Origin: Octopus sinensis
Taxonomy: Eukaryota
NCBI RefSeq assembly: GCF_006345805.1
Contig: NC_043012.1
Span: 36,084,001 to 36,148,000 of the forward strand
DNA length: 64,000 nt
Direction: 5' to 3'
Shown here piece after piece: positions 1 through 12,873 of the stretch (position 1 is its first letter; every line of letters begins with the position of its first letter). Under the pieces are notes generated by a model. That model did no database searches. It was not told where the DNA came from and saw only the letters and a list, made by a program, of their open reading frames with translations. A program made the position numbers and the translations under genes.

Positions 1-3000
1 CGACATAAGCCACAGGTCGGAAATTGTTGGACACTGGAACGAGTGCGTGCAGAACGGTTTCGTCGCTCTGACCGCATCTCGGGCAGTCGGGCCCCGGGTT
101 TCTCGAGCCGTGTCTGTAAGCTTATCCCGAACGGGTAGCGCTTCTCGGTAGCACTGCCAGCCAGGGATCTCTGGAAGTTGTCCATGGGCCCTGGCCCGAA
201 AGTCGTCCCGACCAGGCGGGTCAGGTACTCCTCGTCGACGTCCAGGTTCGCCCCGAGCTCGTCGTCCGTACCTCCCCTCACTAAACCCCTATAGAATGCT
301 TTGGTTTGGTTGAAGTCACTTAAGGTCGACCAGGACGGCAGAGTTGCTTGAGAGCAACGCGACACTCGCGGTGCCATTGCCCTTCCTCGGCCTCTTTTGA
401 TCACGACTGCAGTTCGGTCATGGAGACGAGCTGCGGGAAAGCGTGCCTCACAAACGGCGACCACACCTGTTCACCGTCGTCTACATAGAGCCAGAGATGT
501 CGCAGTCTCAGCGCGTGTCTTCTGCGCATCATCAACCACGGCATGCCCACCCTCCTTTTAACGGGTGTTGACAGCAAATGGATCGCCTGACCATCGGGAC
601 GCATCCTTTCCACAAGAAGCGAAAGAGGATGCGTTGTAGTTTGGTGATGGTAGGGTCGGGACAAGGTACGACGGTCAGGCGGTAGTAGATGACGGACGCG
701 CGATGTACGTGTTCGCCACCTCCGCTCGACCTTTTAGGGACAGTTTCCTCTCGGCCCATTGCCGGGCGAGAGTGACCACCCTACTCGTTATCTCGTTCCA
801 GTTCTTCTCCACTTGGAGGTCCGGACCAAACCAGACCCCGAGCAACTCAACCGGGCCGTCGGTCCAGCGTCCCACGACAGAGGCGCTGGTGGACGGCATG
901 GGCTTGCTTCTCCAGGTGCCTAGTCGCAAGCCCACTGACTTTTCCCGGTTGATTTTCGCTCCTGTCACCGCTCGTCGTAGTTTTTCAGTGTCTCGTATCG
1001 CCGACCAGCTCGATGTGCTCGTGGCTAGACACTATGACGGTGACGTCGTCCGCGTATGCAGACACTCTCGTCCCGCATCCCAATTCTCGCGGATGCCCCT
1101 AGAGTCGCCAGCTTCCGCAGTAGTGGGCTCAAGAGTCAATACGTATAGAAGCGCCGAGAGGGGGCATCCCTGACGGACCGAACGTGCAATGTCGAAAGGT
1201 CTCGATAGAGTCCATTTACGCGAATTACCGAACGGATGCCTCTGTACAGGCAGCTATCCAGCCGCGGAAGACGGGACCGAAACCAGCCGCTCTCAGGACT
1301 GCCTCCAAGTATCGATGGTCTACCCTATCAAAGGCTTTTGATTGATCCAAGTTGATCAGGGCCCCACCCATGCCAGGTTTAACTACCCCCTGTCTAGGAT
1401 GTAGCGCATCAGATGGAGGTTGTCATGGATGGTCCGGCCTGGCACGGCGCATGTTTGCGCCTTGTCGACCAGTTTCTCGATGACAAGCGCCAACCTCTTG
1501 GCTAGCACCTTGGCCAAATTTTCAAGTCTGCATTAAGCAGAGTGATGGGCCTAAAGTTATCTATTACATTTCCCTTGTTTAGATCTTTCTTCAGCAGTGT
1601 TACGGCTCCTCGGCTCACAAAACCAGGAATGCTCCCGTTTTGCTGCCAGTTGGCAGTACACCGCCGCCAAGAGATCTCCAAACAAGTCTGGCATACAATT
1701 GTAAAGCTCGTAGGGTAGACCATCCAAACCCGGTGATTTGTCCCTCGAGCATTCTTCCATCGCTTCCCGCACTCTCCGCCGCCGCCGCCGTGATGGCACC
1801 TTCGCAGCACCCTGCCTTTCTTGTCGAGAGTCGTGGTAGGCTATGTAGGTAGGCACTGAAGTCCACCCTACGTTCTTGCCCTCCCTCGTTCCGAACAGTC
1901 GGGCAAAATGCTGCTGAGGCCTCACAACATTTACTTGGCTCGAGCAATTCGCGCCCCTGTTCATCTACCAGTGACCGAATGGTGGCTTTGGTTGCCCTGT
2001 TGCGCCTCTGCCACCCGGGCCTCTCTCGCGGCTCCAACACCTTCGTTCCTTAGAACACGCATCCTAGCTCTGACAGCACATCTTCCTTCGTGTTGGCGTT
2101 GAAGTGTTGGTCGAGGGCCAACCTCGCCGCCAAAACGTCGGATGCGATGCCGCTTCTAATTGCCTCTTCTAGCTCTTAACTAGCTCCCTCTACTCTATTT
2201 CTATCTATGGCTAGTGCTTTGGCTGTACCTAATCGCTTCTGCTTTTACTGCTCTCTTGAGGGCAAACCACCATTTGTTGTTGATGATGGCTCCGTCAAAG
2301 CCTCTTTACTAGTGTGCTAATCCGGTCTCTGAAAACTTGTCTCGATGGGAAAGACGCGTTTAGTTTCCAGTATCCGGGACCCTGCCTAAGTTCTTACCTA
2401 AGTCTAGCGTACATGTCACAAGTTTGTGATCCGTGTAGCTGACTATGTGGAAATGTGGACATCCTATGCTATCTCTATCTACTGTCCTACACAGTATCCT
2501 ATCTAGATACGATCTCGACGAACCCGATGCGGTTGCTCCATGTCCACGTTGGCGCATTCGGGTGGTCTAGTCGAAACCTGTCAGACAGTTGAAAGCGTCT
2601 GAGCAGGTCTCTGAGGCATTGCATCCCGTCTATTCCTATCTCTACCCACGTAGTCTACATGCGTGTCCAAGGTAGCATTCCAATCCCCCACTAAGAGTAA
2701 AGGACGAGACGTTCCAAGAAACTTCTAGACGTTGAAAGAAATCCGCCCGACCTGTTAAGGGCGGTGCGTAAACTGATACGAGCCGAAAAGCGCACCCATT
2801 GCTGCCGTCGACATCCAGGACGACCAGTCTACCCTCCGGGTCTACGAATATTGTCCTTACATTGAGATCCAGACTCTTGTGAAAAAGTACCGCGGTGCCA
2901 CTACCGCCCATTCTCGCAGACAGGGGGAAAAATAAATGTGAACTGTCCGCCAAACATGGTCTTTAGGGCCCCGGATTGTGGAGTCTGGTCTCGCTTATGG

Positions 3001-3110
3001 CTATGATTTCTAACTTATGTGACTTTATGTCATTTAAGAGGTACCCTGTTTCCAAGGGACCCCAAGCCACGCGCATTTACACAACCAATCTTGATCATAG
3101 TTCTAATGAA
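1..3110 (-). pseudogene. ORF2 (APE endonuclease + reverse transcriptase + zf-RVT) of the Tx1-like element, frameshifted
   Basis: Recognisable EN and RT motifs are distributed across ORFs 2642-2953, 2360-2557, 1615-2040, 1557-1964, 1502-1810, 675-968 and 532-759; no continuous frame. Confidence 0.88.
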
Positions 3111-3369
3111 TTAGAATACAGAGGGTTACTTACTGCTCGAAAGTTTTTGCTTTCTCCTCCGTTGGTTTGTCCTCGAAAGATCCCAGTACAGTTTCTTTGT
3201 GAGATATTTTTGGCATTTACCAACCGCACTGGGGAAAATGCCTTTGAGTGTGTGGTGCAGACTTTTGGAGATGTGTATTATTTGATGTGGTCTGGTGGTG
3301 TTGTGTATGGGTGGTTGTTTGTTTTTATGTCATCTTCTGTTATGTTTGTTTTTGATTGGATGTATTCCA

Positions 3370-5093
3370 TCAATTTGTGTTTTTGGTGTCTATTGGCTGT
3401 GAGCATGTTTGCTGTATATGTTTTTGTGGTGTTGGTGTGGCTGTTGTTTGCGTTGGGTTTTGAAATGTCTTCGGGAGATGTATTTCCCCCTGCTTTGTTC
3501 GTGTTTGCATTTGGTTTGGTTGTGTTTCTGCTCTATTTTCCTTCTTTTTGTAGCTATTTGCCATTCCTCACTGCGTTTCGTCTTCCGACGAAATTTCTGA
3601 GGAATCAGAAGGGGGTAGGGGTATGTTGTGGTTCTATGTATGTCTGTGTAAGTGGTTGTGTTGTTGTTTCGTTCGTTGTTGTTGTTGTTGAGTGTTTGTG
3701 TGTGTTGAGTGCGGTATAAGGGATGGGGGATCAGTTTGGTGTGTGTTTCTTTGTTTTCCTGTTCCTTTGGGTTTTGCTGTTGATGGTAGTGGTGTGGTAT
3801 TTTTCCAGGTGTCGAGTGTTTTTGTTGATGACGGATTAGCTTGGTGTGCTTCTCTTGTCGTCTTCTGTGTTGATGGTGGTGTGGGTAGTAGAGCTTTTTT
3901 TCCGGAGTGCTTTGGTTGTGGTAGTGGTTGTTGTTGTTGCTCTTGGTGTGCAGTGGTTGGGCACGTCTTTTTCAAGTGTGTTTCGCTTCCACACAAATAG
4001 CAGCGTGGTCGCCTGCCCTCTACCACTATATAGAGTTTGTAGCCTCCTGGCAGTTCTATAGCGGTGGGTATCTTCTCTCTTGCTGCTTCATCATCCAATT
4101 GAAGCAGGAATTCGATTGATTTGCCCACATAGTCTTTCTCTCCTAGAACCGCGATTTCCAGGATGTTTGTCTCTGACATTGTCTCTGACATTTCAAGCAG
4201 ATGGCAGAGACCACCCATTGTGTTTCGACATCAAATGGTATGTTTTTTTTTATTTGGACTTTCGTGACCCTTTTGTTTAAATAGACTGGTATCATTACCA
4301 GTCGTCCGAATGTAGCTCCAATGTGGAAAAACGTTTTGCTAAACTTTCGTTGAGGAAACGTACTTGGACTGTACCAATTTGTTTCCCCAACTGATATATT
4401 CCTTGGAGTCCCATACAGGACGAAGGCATTTATCGATTTTTTCCTGCGGTGCATTTTCTGTTCTTCTTGTTTTTTTGTTTATTACTTTATAAATTATTGT
4501 TTTTTTTTGCGTGTTTCCACGATGTGTTGTGGAATATGAAGGTGCAATTTGTCTCCTTCTTTGGAGAAGAGTGCCTTTGTGCGGTTTATCTCTTGTGTGG
4601 TGAATGTTACAATTGTTCTTTTTTGTTTTGTTACGTCCGCAAAATTCGTTTTGAATTTGGCAGTAGAAGTGTTAATTGTGGCAGTGTTAATTGAAGTCAT
4701 GGTAGTGGTGTTGGTGTTGGCGGTATTAGCAGCAGAAGGCTTGGATGTAGCATTTGACGTCGTAGTAGTGGTGTTGGTGTTGGCGGTGTTGTCTTTGGTA
4801 GGCGGCTTTGTGCCAATTTCGTTGTTGTTGTTGGTGGTGATGGTGGTGGTGCTGGCATTCATGTTTTCGTTTGTATTCATTTTTGAAATCCCTTTCTCTG
4901 TCCCTTTATCATCAACAAGTGGTGTGGGGAGTGAGGGGAAATCTAAGTTAATGTCTTTGGTCGCGGCGATGGTGAATGCGACGTTAGATTTGTTGTTGTT
5001 GTTGTTGGTGGTGGTGATGGTGGTGACAGCGGTGTTCACGCTGCGATGTTTAGCAGCTAGTGGTAGCAATAGTGTTTTGCTACCGTTCTGCAT
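3370..5093 (-). pseudogene. ORF1 (gag-like, zinc knuckle) of the Tx1-like element, split over several frames
   Basis: Fragments 4494-5093 (T/N-rich N-terminus), 4143-4454 (GRLVMIPVYLNKRVTKVQIK) and 3634-4218 (CX2CX4HX4C knuckle, Q/T-rich tail) are collinear but out of frame. Confidence 0.8.
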
Positions 5094-5356
5094 GACTGGC
5101 GGCTAGCCACGTGGTTTCTAGTTGCCATTTTCAAAATGAAAAATGGCTAAAACCCACGAAAGTTTTGAAAGTTTTTTTGTAATTTCGCCCATACAGGGGC
5201 GGAATTCTACGTGAATAATTCTCAGGTTTTTTAGTGATGAATTTGCACAACGATTAAAACAAAATATTTGACAACAAGGAGTTTTAAACATGTAAAAGTG
5301 GCCAACTTACTTGGAGCCGATATGACTAGCGTCCGTCCATTGTGATAGAGATTGGA

Positions 5357-5357
5357 T

Positions 5358-5391
<34 letters not shown>

Positions 5392-5392
5392 A

Positions 5393-5454
<62 letters not shown>

Positions 5455-5507
5455 GGATAGGTGGATAGATAGATAGATAGATAGATAGATAGACAGATAG
5501 ATAGATG

Positions 5508-5538
<31 letters not shown>

Positions 5539-5566
5539 GGATAGATAGATAGATATATAGATAGAA

Positions 5567-5612
<46 letters not shown>

Positions 5613-5645
5613 GATGGATGGATGGATGGATGGATGGATAGATAG

Positions 5646-5722
<77 letters not shown>

Positions 5723-5770
5723 AAGATAGATATATAGACAGATAGATGGATGGATGGATAGATAGATAGA
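5357..5770. repeat. (TAGA)n/(TGGA)n tetranucleotide microsatellite
   Basis: Read directly; explains the IYLS-repeat ORFs. Confidence 0.97.
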
Positions 5771-6410
5771 GACGCATATCCTCGCGTCCCCAGAGTTTGC
5801 GTGAGTGAGAACCTATCAGTTGAAAATATTGCCATAAATCTCCAATTCTTGCGTTGAGCGAAGTAAACCGATCGTCTATTGTGCTAGGTGCAATGTTGAA
5901 CCTTCAACCCAAACTTTTCAGCGTTTATGATGTAAAAAATGTAACAATTAGAAGCATAATGCCGACAGCTTTCATGTTTACGCTCAAACTGACAGATCGT
6001 GTTGCCTATTTTTAATGTTTTCTTACACGCCATCTTACACGCTTTGTTTGTTTGACACGGAGTATTAGCTCCGTGATTTGTCATGTTTTCACCAAAAACA
6101 ACATAACTTTAGCTTCTCATATACATTCGTTCTCGTCAATAATATATATATTTCACAGTTTTTTTTGTTGGTTTTGGTGGGGTTTTTTTTTGCTTTCTTC
6201 TTTTTTTCTTCTTTTTCTTTCCTACCTTCTTTATTCTTATCCTGACATCGATTCATCAGATGTACAAAAAACTGATGGTCATTTTCTTTCAATAATAGTT
6301 ATAGCTGTCTTCGTGGTCGTCTTCGTTGTTTATTGCTTAACACATGTTCAGCCATGCTGAACCGACCCATGGCCAAACGTATTCCAGTTTTTATTAAAAA
6401 AAAATTTTTT

Positions 6411-6630
6411 TTTACTGCCCATAAGGGGCTACACACAGAGTGGACAAACAAGGACAGACAAACGGATTAAGTCGATTATATCGACCCCAGTGCGTAACTG
6501 GTACTTATTTAATCGACTCCGAAAGGATGAAAGGCAAAGTCGACCTCGGCGGAATTTGAACTCAGAACGTAGCGGCAGACGAAAACCTGCTAAGCATTTC
6601 GCCCGGTGTGCTAACGATTCTGCCAACACC
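6411..6630 (-). mobile_element. tRNA-derived SINE family A, full copy with 'gtttgtcccctctgtgtgtagcccc' tail
   Basis: Pol III A-box-like TGGCAGAATCGTTAG and B-box GAGTTCAAATTCC; nearly identical to copies at 53832-54064 and 61500-61738. Confidence 0.85.
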
Positions 6631-6907
6631 TTTCCAGTCTTTATTTTCTCCAGGTTCTGCGTACCTACGACTGTTCTTCTCAAAGCGAGTAGTGCGGCCC
6701 CTTGAGTGTACGGTGGTAAATTTCATATGGGTACTGGGGGACAGAACGGACGGTAGGGGGAACTATAAGTTATCTCAATTTTCAAAAACTACTGTTATTC
6801 TTTGATTCTCTTCAACAAGAATCTGTGCCACCCCCAATCCTTTCTCTCGTGCCTCAAGCCGCGCCAATTGTAGAGAGGCCCCTACCATCTCCTCGGGTTT
6901 CATAAAC

Positions 6908-7137
6908 TTGTGAGCTGCCTGATGATCTCACTAGTTCCGGCGGAACGAAAAAGGTACCCAGTACACCCCTGTAAGGTCGTTGGCGATAGGAAGAGCATCA
7001 AACCGAGGAAGCCTCACCGAAGGGGATTCTGGAGCACGATGCAATCCTTGGACCCACCGGATTCTGTCAACCCATCCAACCAATGCTAACATTGGAAGAG
7101 ATGTATCTTAAATGATGACGATGATGATGATGATGAC
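6908..7137 (+). mobile_element. SINE-like 3' fragment (family C) ending in a (GAT)n tail
   Basis: 'ccatccaaccaatgctaacattggaagag...ttaaatgatgacgatgatg' tail typical of RTE-partnered SINEs; single copy in the window, so family identity is inferred. Confidence 0.5.
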
Positions 7138-7274
7138 GGTGATGGTTCTGTGTGCAAACCATCTGCTAAAAATCAGATCTCAAAATGTCATTTCGACAAT
7201 CCATATTTATATATTAATGCCATTCAAAGACGAACAAGTGGTCGTTCAATGGCGATCAACCTGTCTCTTTTTGT

Positions 7275-7499
7275 TTTTTTCATTGGTTTCTGTCAGTAGA
7301 CTGCGGTCATGCTGGGGCACTGCCCTGAAGAAGTTCTAGTCGAATGGATCAACTCAGGTACTTTTTATTATTTTCTTTAAGCCTGCTATTTATCGTTATC
7401 TTTTGCCGAACTACTAAGTTACGGGACGTAAACACACCAACATAAACACAGACACAAGACACACAAATACACACACACACCACACACACACACATATAT

Positions 7500-7533
<34 letters not shown>

Positions 7534-7712
7534 ATATATATCACACACGACGAGCTTCTTTCAGTTTCCGTCTACTAAATCCTCTGATTTAAGTTACTCT
7601 GAGGTAACTTATAGCGCCCCCTAAAGTCTTTGGTTGGCCCGAGGCTGTAATGGAAAACAGTTGCCCAAGGTACGACGCAGTGGGACTGAACCCAGAGCGA
7701 TGTGGTTGGGGG
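7275..7712 (-). mobile_element. tRNA-derived SINE family B with internal (TA)n(CA)n tract
   Basis: Matches the family seen at 31953-32345: GGTTCAGTCCC B-box, 'tgcgtggcaccttgggcaagtgtctt' core, 'ccagcatggccgcagtc' 3' part. Confidence 0.8.
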
Positions 7713-8409
7713 CGATAAATAAAAATGGTTGAAAAGAATTGATCCAATACAAAATTATTCTACGTACTCTTCTCTGATAAAGGCTGCAGGATTTGATATG
7801 AGGTAATTTGGCTGCTATTCTATGTTGGTTCAATGACCTTTTGGAGGTTTCGTTGTTGACCCTGTGTGTATGAGTGTGTGTGTGTGTGTGTGTGTGAGTG
7901 TGTGTGTGTGTGTGTTTGTGTGTGCGTGCGTGTGAATCTGGGTGTGTATGTATGAGCCTATGTCTATCTCTTCATCTCTCTCCGCCTTGCCTCTCTCTTT
8001 CCTTTCACAATTACACAAAGATACATAGACACACAAACACGCATAAATACATACACACACACACACGCACACACAAACACACGTGGTCGCGCGCATACAC
8101 ACACACATCAATACCTCAAGTAGATTCCGTCTCTTCTCTGTCGTCTGGTCGACACACAAAAAAAATGGAAGTTTCATTTTGGAGTTAATTTGTGAGTGTT
8201 TTATCTGCAAACTGTATTTTGGTCATTGAGATAGAAGTGAGAGGGGGGGATTTTAGGGAGGGCGAGATAACAAGACAAGACCTGAGGGGTGGAGGGTAGG
8301 CTTAATATACTATGTGCGTATATATGGGTATGTATGTGTGTACACACACACACACACACACATATACATATATACACATACTAACAGACACAACGCAAAT
8401 GCATATATG

Positions 8410-8440
<31 letters not shown>

Positions 8441-8497
8441 CACATACATACATACATATATATATATATATCATATATATATATATATATATATATT

Positions 8498-8544
<47 letters not shown>

Positions 8545-9148
8545 GTGTATATATATATACACATACCACGCACACATACACACATAATTATGTTGGAATA
8601 AGTAGAAACTGTCTAGATAAACCAGATAGGCAAAGTGGTGAGGATTGAGCTGGTTAGAGATGATGGATGAGGAGAGAGAGAGAGAGAGAGAGGTGGAGAG
8701 AAGGAGAGAGAGAGAAAGAGAAGAGAGGGAGTAGACAGACTGACAGACTGACAGACAGGCAGCATGGAAGTGTTAAGCTTGAGGACAATGTATATTTCTA
8801 AATATGGGAATATATATAGAGCAGAATATAATATAAGAATTGTGTGTGTGAGTGTGTGTATATATATGTTGTTGGGGTTTGGTTGAGGTGAGTCCTAATC
8901 AAGGAGTCATGCGACGAAAGGAATTAATTATGGTGGTGAGAGAGAGAGAGAGAGAGAGAGGGGGGAGAGAGAGGGGGGGAGATTGAATATGGATTCTATG
9001 TGAGTGTGTGTGTGTGTGTTGTGTTTTGTAGCAATATGCGCTTACCAATACGCAAAATAACACACACACACTTATAATTACGCGCACACACTAAAAAATT
9101 AAAATGCACACACACACACACACACACATTCTCTCTTTCACTCTTCCC

Positions 9149-9179
<31 letters not shown>

Positions 9180-9612
9180 TCATACACACATGCACGCACA
9201 CACGCATACACACAGCGAAGCCCTCGGCCACATCGATTCAATTTCATGAATATTGAAAAGGTAGGGATTATTAAACATACCATTACACAATCATTCTAAC
9301 ATTTAAGTAAATACACACACACACACACATGCACACACACGCGCGTATACAAACACATACACAGTAAATATACACACATACTGAAAGCATACGCACATAC
9401 ATACACATATACACACATACACACACACTGAAAGCATAACTACACACGCACACACGCTGAAAACACTCATACAGGCAGACGCACACACACGGCTTACACA
9501 GCAACACAATGGCACACACTTCACGCAACACACCTCACGACATGCCAAACACACACTACGCACCGGAAAATGTGATAAAAGGATACATACACACAATTTT
9601 AAAAACAGACTA

Positions 9613-9649
<37 letters not shown>

Positions 9650-10937
9650 ACACAAACATACGCACACATACACAAACAAACATACACACGCTTCAATTCC
9701 CAAATCCACATTCGAACATGCAACACACTCACACACAATATATCTTCCCGAAATTATTTGTTTTTCTGTTTTCTAAAATATAAAACCATTTTTTTTTCTT
9801 ATTTGCTTTTAACTTTTCGCTCCTCCTCTTAGTTTCATAATTTCTTTCTCCCCTTTTACGAGAAAAGACTAAACTCCGAAACGTCAAGAACACTTCTACA
9901 TCCGCTGCAAGAGTTAAACTAAGGAGAATGACTTTAATATTGTCTTTCTCACACCGACATAATTTTTCTGTTCCACCCTCTCTCCCCCTCCTTCTCTCTC
10001 TCCCTAGAAATAAGTGTACGTGTTTATGTGTATCTCTGTGTGTACATATACGTATATATGTATGTGCGTGTATGTATGTATATAAACACACACATTTATA
10101 TATATATACGCATATATGTGAGTATGTGTACACGCTTATACAAATATACGAGAGGAAATACTTATCCCCACTCAGTATTGTCCCAGCCGCTGACATACAA
10201 CACACACACACGCACATATGCCCACGCGTGCGAGTGTGTGTGTGTGTGTGTATGTATTAGCCCCACCAATAACAATCGCCCCAGGCTGACCATCTGTTTG
10301 CCTTCGGTCTGCACCTATTGCAGTATCATTGCACTTAAATCCTAAATTCCTCAAACTTCCTAAACTCTACAGTGACCGCCACCCCCTCCTCACATGGAGC
10401 GCCACCACCACCACCACCACCATCACTAGAGTTATTACTAACACCGTCGACGCCCTAACTACCGTTATTACCATCCCAACAACCATCACCATCACCACCA
10501 CCACCACCACCACTACCACCACCAATACCACTGCCACCAGCAATAACACGGCTGCATCTCTTACCCTCCACCCAACACTACCACCACCTCAACCACAATC
10601 ACGACCACCATTTCTACCCCTAACCACCACCACTACCACCACTACTCACACCGCTGTGTCTAAAGAAAAGGGGTTCTATAGATTTTCTATTCTTATAGTA
10701 ACCAATTTTATGCACACACACACACGAACATACACACACACACACACGCACACACACACACAGACATACATACACACGCGCGCGCACGCACGCACACACA
10801 AAAACACACGCACACACACACGGACACGGACACACACACACACACGGACGCACACACATGTTCATACAAATTCGTTTTTGGAACGGTGAATGTTGTCCGG
10901 CGTGCTAACAGGTAGCCAGCTCGTCGCCTTAACAGTA

Positions 10938-10996
<59 letters not shown>

Positions 10997-11007
10997 TAAT
11001 AATAATA

Positions 11008-11049
<42 letters not shown>

Positions 11050-11249
11050 TACAATAAAATACAGATGCATGTGTATGTGTGTGTATGTGTGTATATGTGT
11101 GAATGTATATGCGTGTATATACATATATACACACATATATAGAAATATATATATACATCTTAGCTTTTAGCAAGCACCCAGTCGCAATTACTGACGACTA
11201 AATTTTTCCTATATGGCTTTATGTGCGTGCGTGTGTGTGTGTGTGTGTG

Positions 11250-11300
<51 letters not shown>

Positions 11301-12138
11301 TGTGTGCGCGCGAAGATCGTGTACCGTGGGGAGAAACCAAATCTGATGTTTATAGTCAATCCTTTCTCTGGGCGAAAGATGGAAATATTTTTAATGCGTG
11401 TGACGCAGTTACTGCGACTTTATGTAGAGGACTTGGGTGTGGCTAACAACGGGTCAGTGGCCAGAGAGATAAAATATAGTGTGGGAGGAGAATTTTAATG
11501 ACTTAAGCAGAAAAAAACTTATAAATATCATTGACTGAGGGTGCAGCGGCAGAGGAGTGCTGCGGATATATTTATATCAGCATAGCAAAATACGCAGATA
11601 TATCTGTATAGTACATAACATGCACAAATGTAACTAATTGGTTCATAACATACGAAGATATATGAATAAGTACACAACAGTAGAGAGAAAAATATCTATA
11701 TGGGACAGAATAACAACACAAATATATCTACAAAATATATAGCTATAAGTAAATATATACTTACATGACGCTTAACAACACACACGGATATACCTATATG
11801 CACATAGCTGCATGCACAGATAAACCTACATGTCAATAGCACCACACACAAATGTATCTATACTTTCAAAGCGATTGGTATAATTAGGGCCCAACTTAGT
11901 ACCCATAGCTATACCACTAACTATTGGTGAAATTACGGGAAAAGCAGCACGTTAAGAAGATCGAATTCATTTTATGCGGAGAAGGTTCGTAGCCCAGGTC
12001 TGTGGTGTGGAACGAAGGCATATATATGTGCATGTGTGTATATATGCATATCATGTGTGTGTGCGTTTATACACACACTCACACACATACGTATATACGT
12101 ACATGCATACATACACATACTCACACGCATGGAAAGAC

Positions 12139-12501
12139 GCGTGGCACCTTGGTCAAGTGTCTTCAACTATAGGCCCAGGCTGACCAAAGCCTTGTGAGTG
12201 GATTTGTTAGTCGGAAACTGAAAGAAGCCCGTCGTATATATATATATATATATATATATCTATATATTATATATATATATAGATATATATATAATATATA
12301 TATATTGATAAAAATGGCAAGACAATAAAGAATGAAAAAGAGACCACGATATTATGTAGATAGAGGAATTTATCAGTAAATATAATATGGTGTGTGTGTG
12401 TGTACGTGTGTGTGTATGTGTCTTTGTGTTTGTGTTTATTCCCCAGAACCGCTTGATAACCGGTATCGGTGTGTTTACGTCCCCGTAACTTAACGGTGCA
12501 A
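12139..12501 (+). mobile_element. SINE family B, headless and 3'-truncated, with unrelated sequence inside its TA tract
   Basis: 'gcgtggcaccttggtcaagtgtcttc...gaagcccgtcgtata' and 'ggtgtgtttacgtccccgtaactta'. Confidence 0.75.
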
Positions 12502-12504
12502 ATA

Positions 12505-12830
12505 ACATGAAATACGTAAACAAACGAATTAAATACGTAAACAACGAGAAAAAATTGGAAAACAGTACAAGTAACTCTACTTGTCATTTCGAGCATTCAA
12601 TGACAATATGAGTCTTCAAAGACAGTCGCTCCTGTTAATTCTAAAATAAAATTTTGGATTTATGGAGGGTCAAAATTAAGAACAATAAAATGTGTGTAGG
12701 TAAGGAATCTTTGCTATCTGAAGGGACAGTCCCTTAAGATAGCAAACATTCCTTAGCTACACACAAGAGAGAATGTCAGAAAGGTCAGTTATTCCTCTAC
12801 AATTTTTTTGTAAATTCTTAAATATATCTC
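12505..12830. repeat. Penelope-like-derived non-autonomous repeat with a 75-nt hairpin; related to 23930-24180
   Basis: Shares 'aacaacga..aaa..aa.tggaa.ac...acaagtaac' and 'catttcgagca' with 23930-24180; abuts a TA tract. The Penelope link is inference. Confidence 0.45.
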
Positions 12831-12842
12831 CTTCTGTGTGTG

Positions 12843-12873
<31 letters not shown>

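Larger units (their letters stand above)
1..5130 (-). mobile_element. Tx1/L1-clade non-LTR retrotransposon, near full length, decayed by frameshifts; 3' end runs off the window start
   Basis: Ordered - strand domains: ORF1 with CCHC knuckle (RPRCYLCGSETHLKKTCP, ORF 3634-4218), APE endonuclease (KIGCVNARGL...ISETRL near 3110-2975; GRLVVLDV...LVSVYAP in ORF 2642-2953), RT (KSPGLDGLPYELY; NFRPITLLNADLKI), post-RT region (KLSLKGRAEVANTYI; LFRFLWKG) and C-terminal zinc finger (CPRCGQSDETVLHAL, ~100-40). The 5' boundary is approximate. Confidence 0.92.

Noticed and set aside
703-3719. Plus-strand ORFs of 156 aa and 247 aa (hydrophobic)
   Set aside because: Antisense shadows of the Tx1 ORF2 and of the low-complexity ORF1.
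6654-6715. Candidate exon with ttttctccag acceptor and gtaaat donor (GSAYLRLFFSKRVVRPLECTV)
   Set aside because: No similarity to spondin or any family I recognise; sandwiched between SINEs.
12575-12615. Partial hammerhead cores at 12575-12615, 24030-24095, 24340-24375, 49865-49895 and 56345-56395
   Set aside because: Only one half of the core survives or stems fail; possibly decayed relics but not supportable individually.
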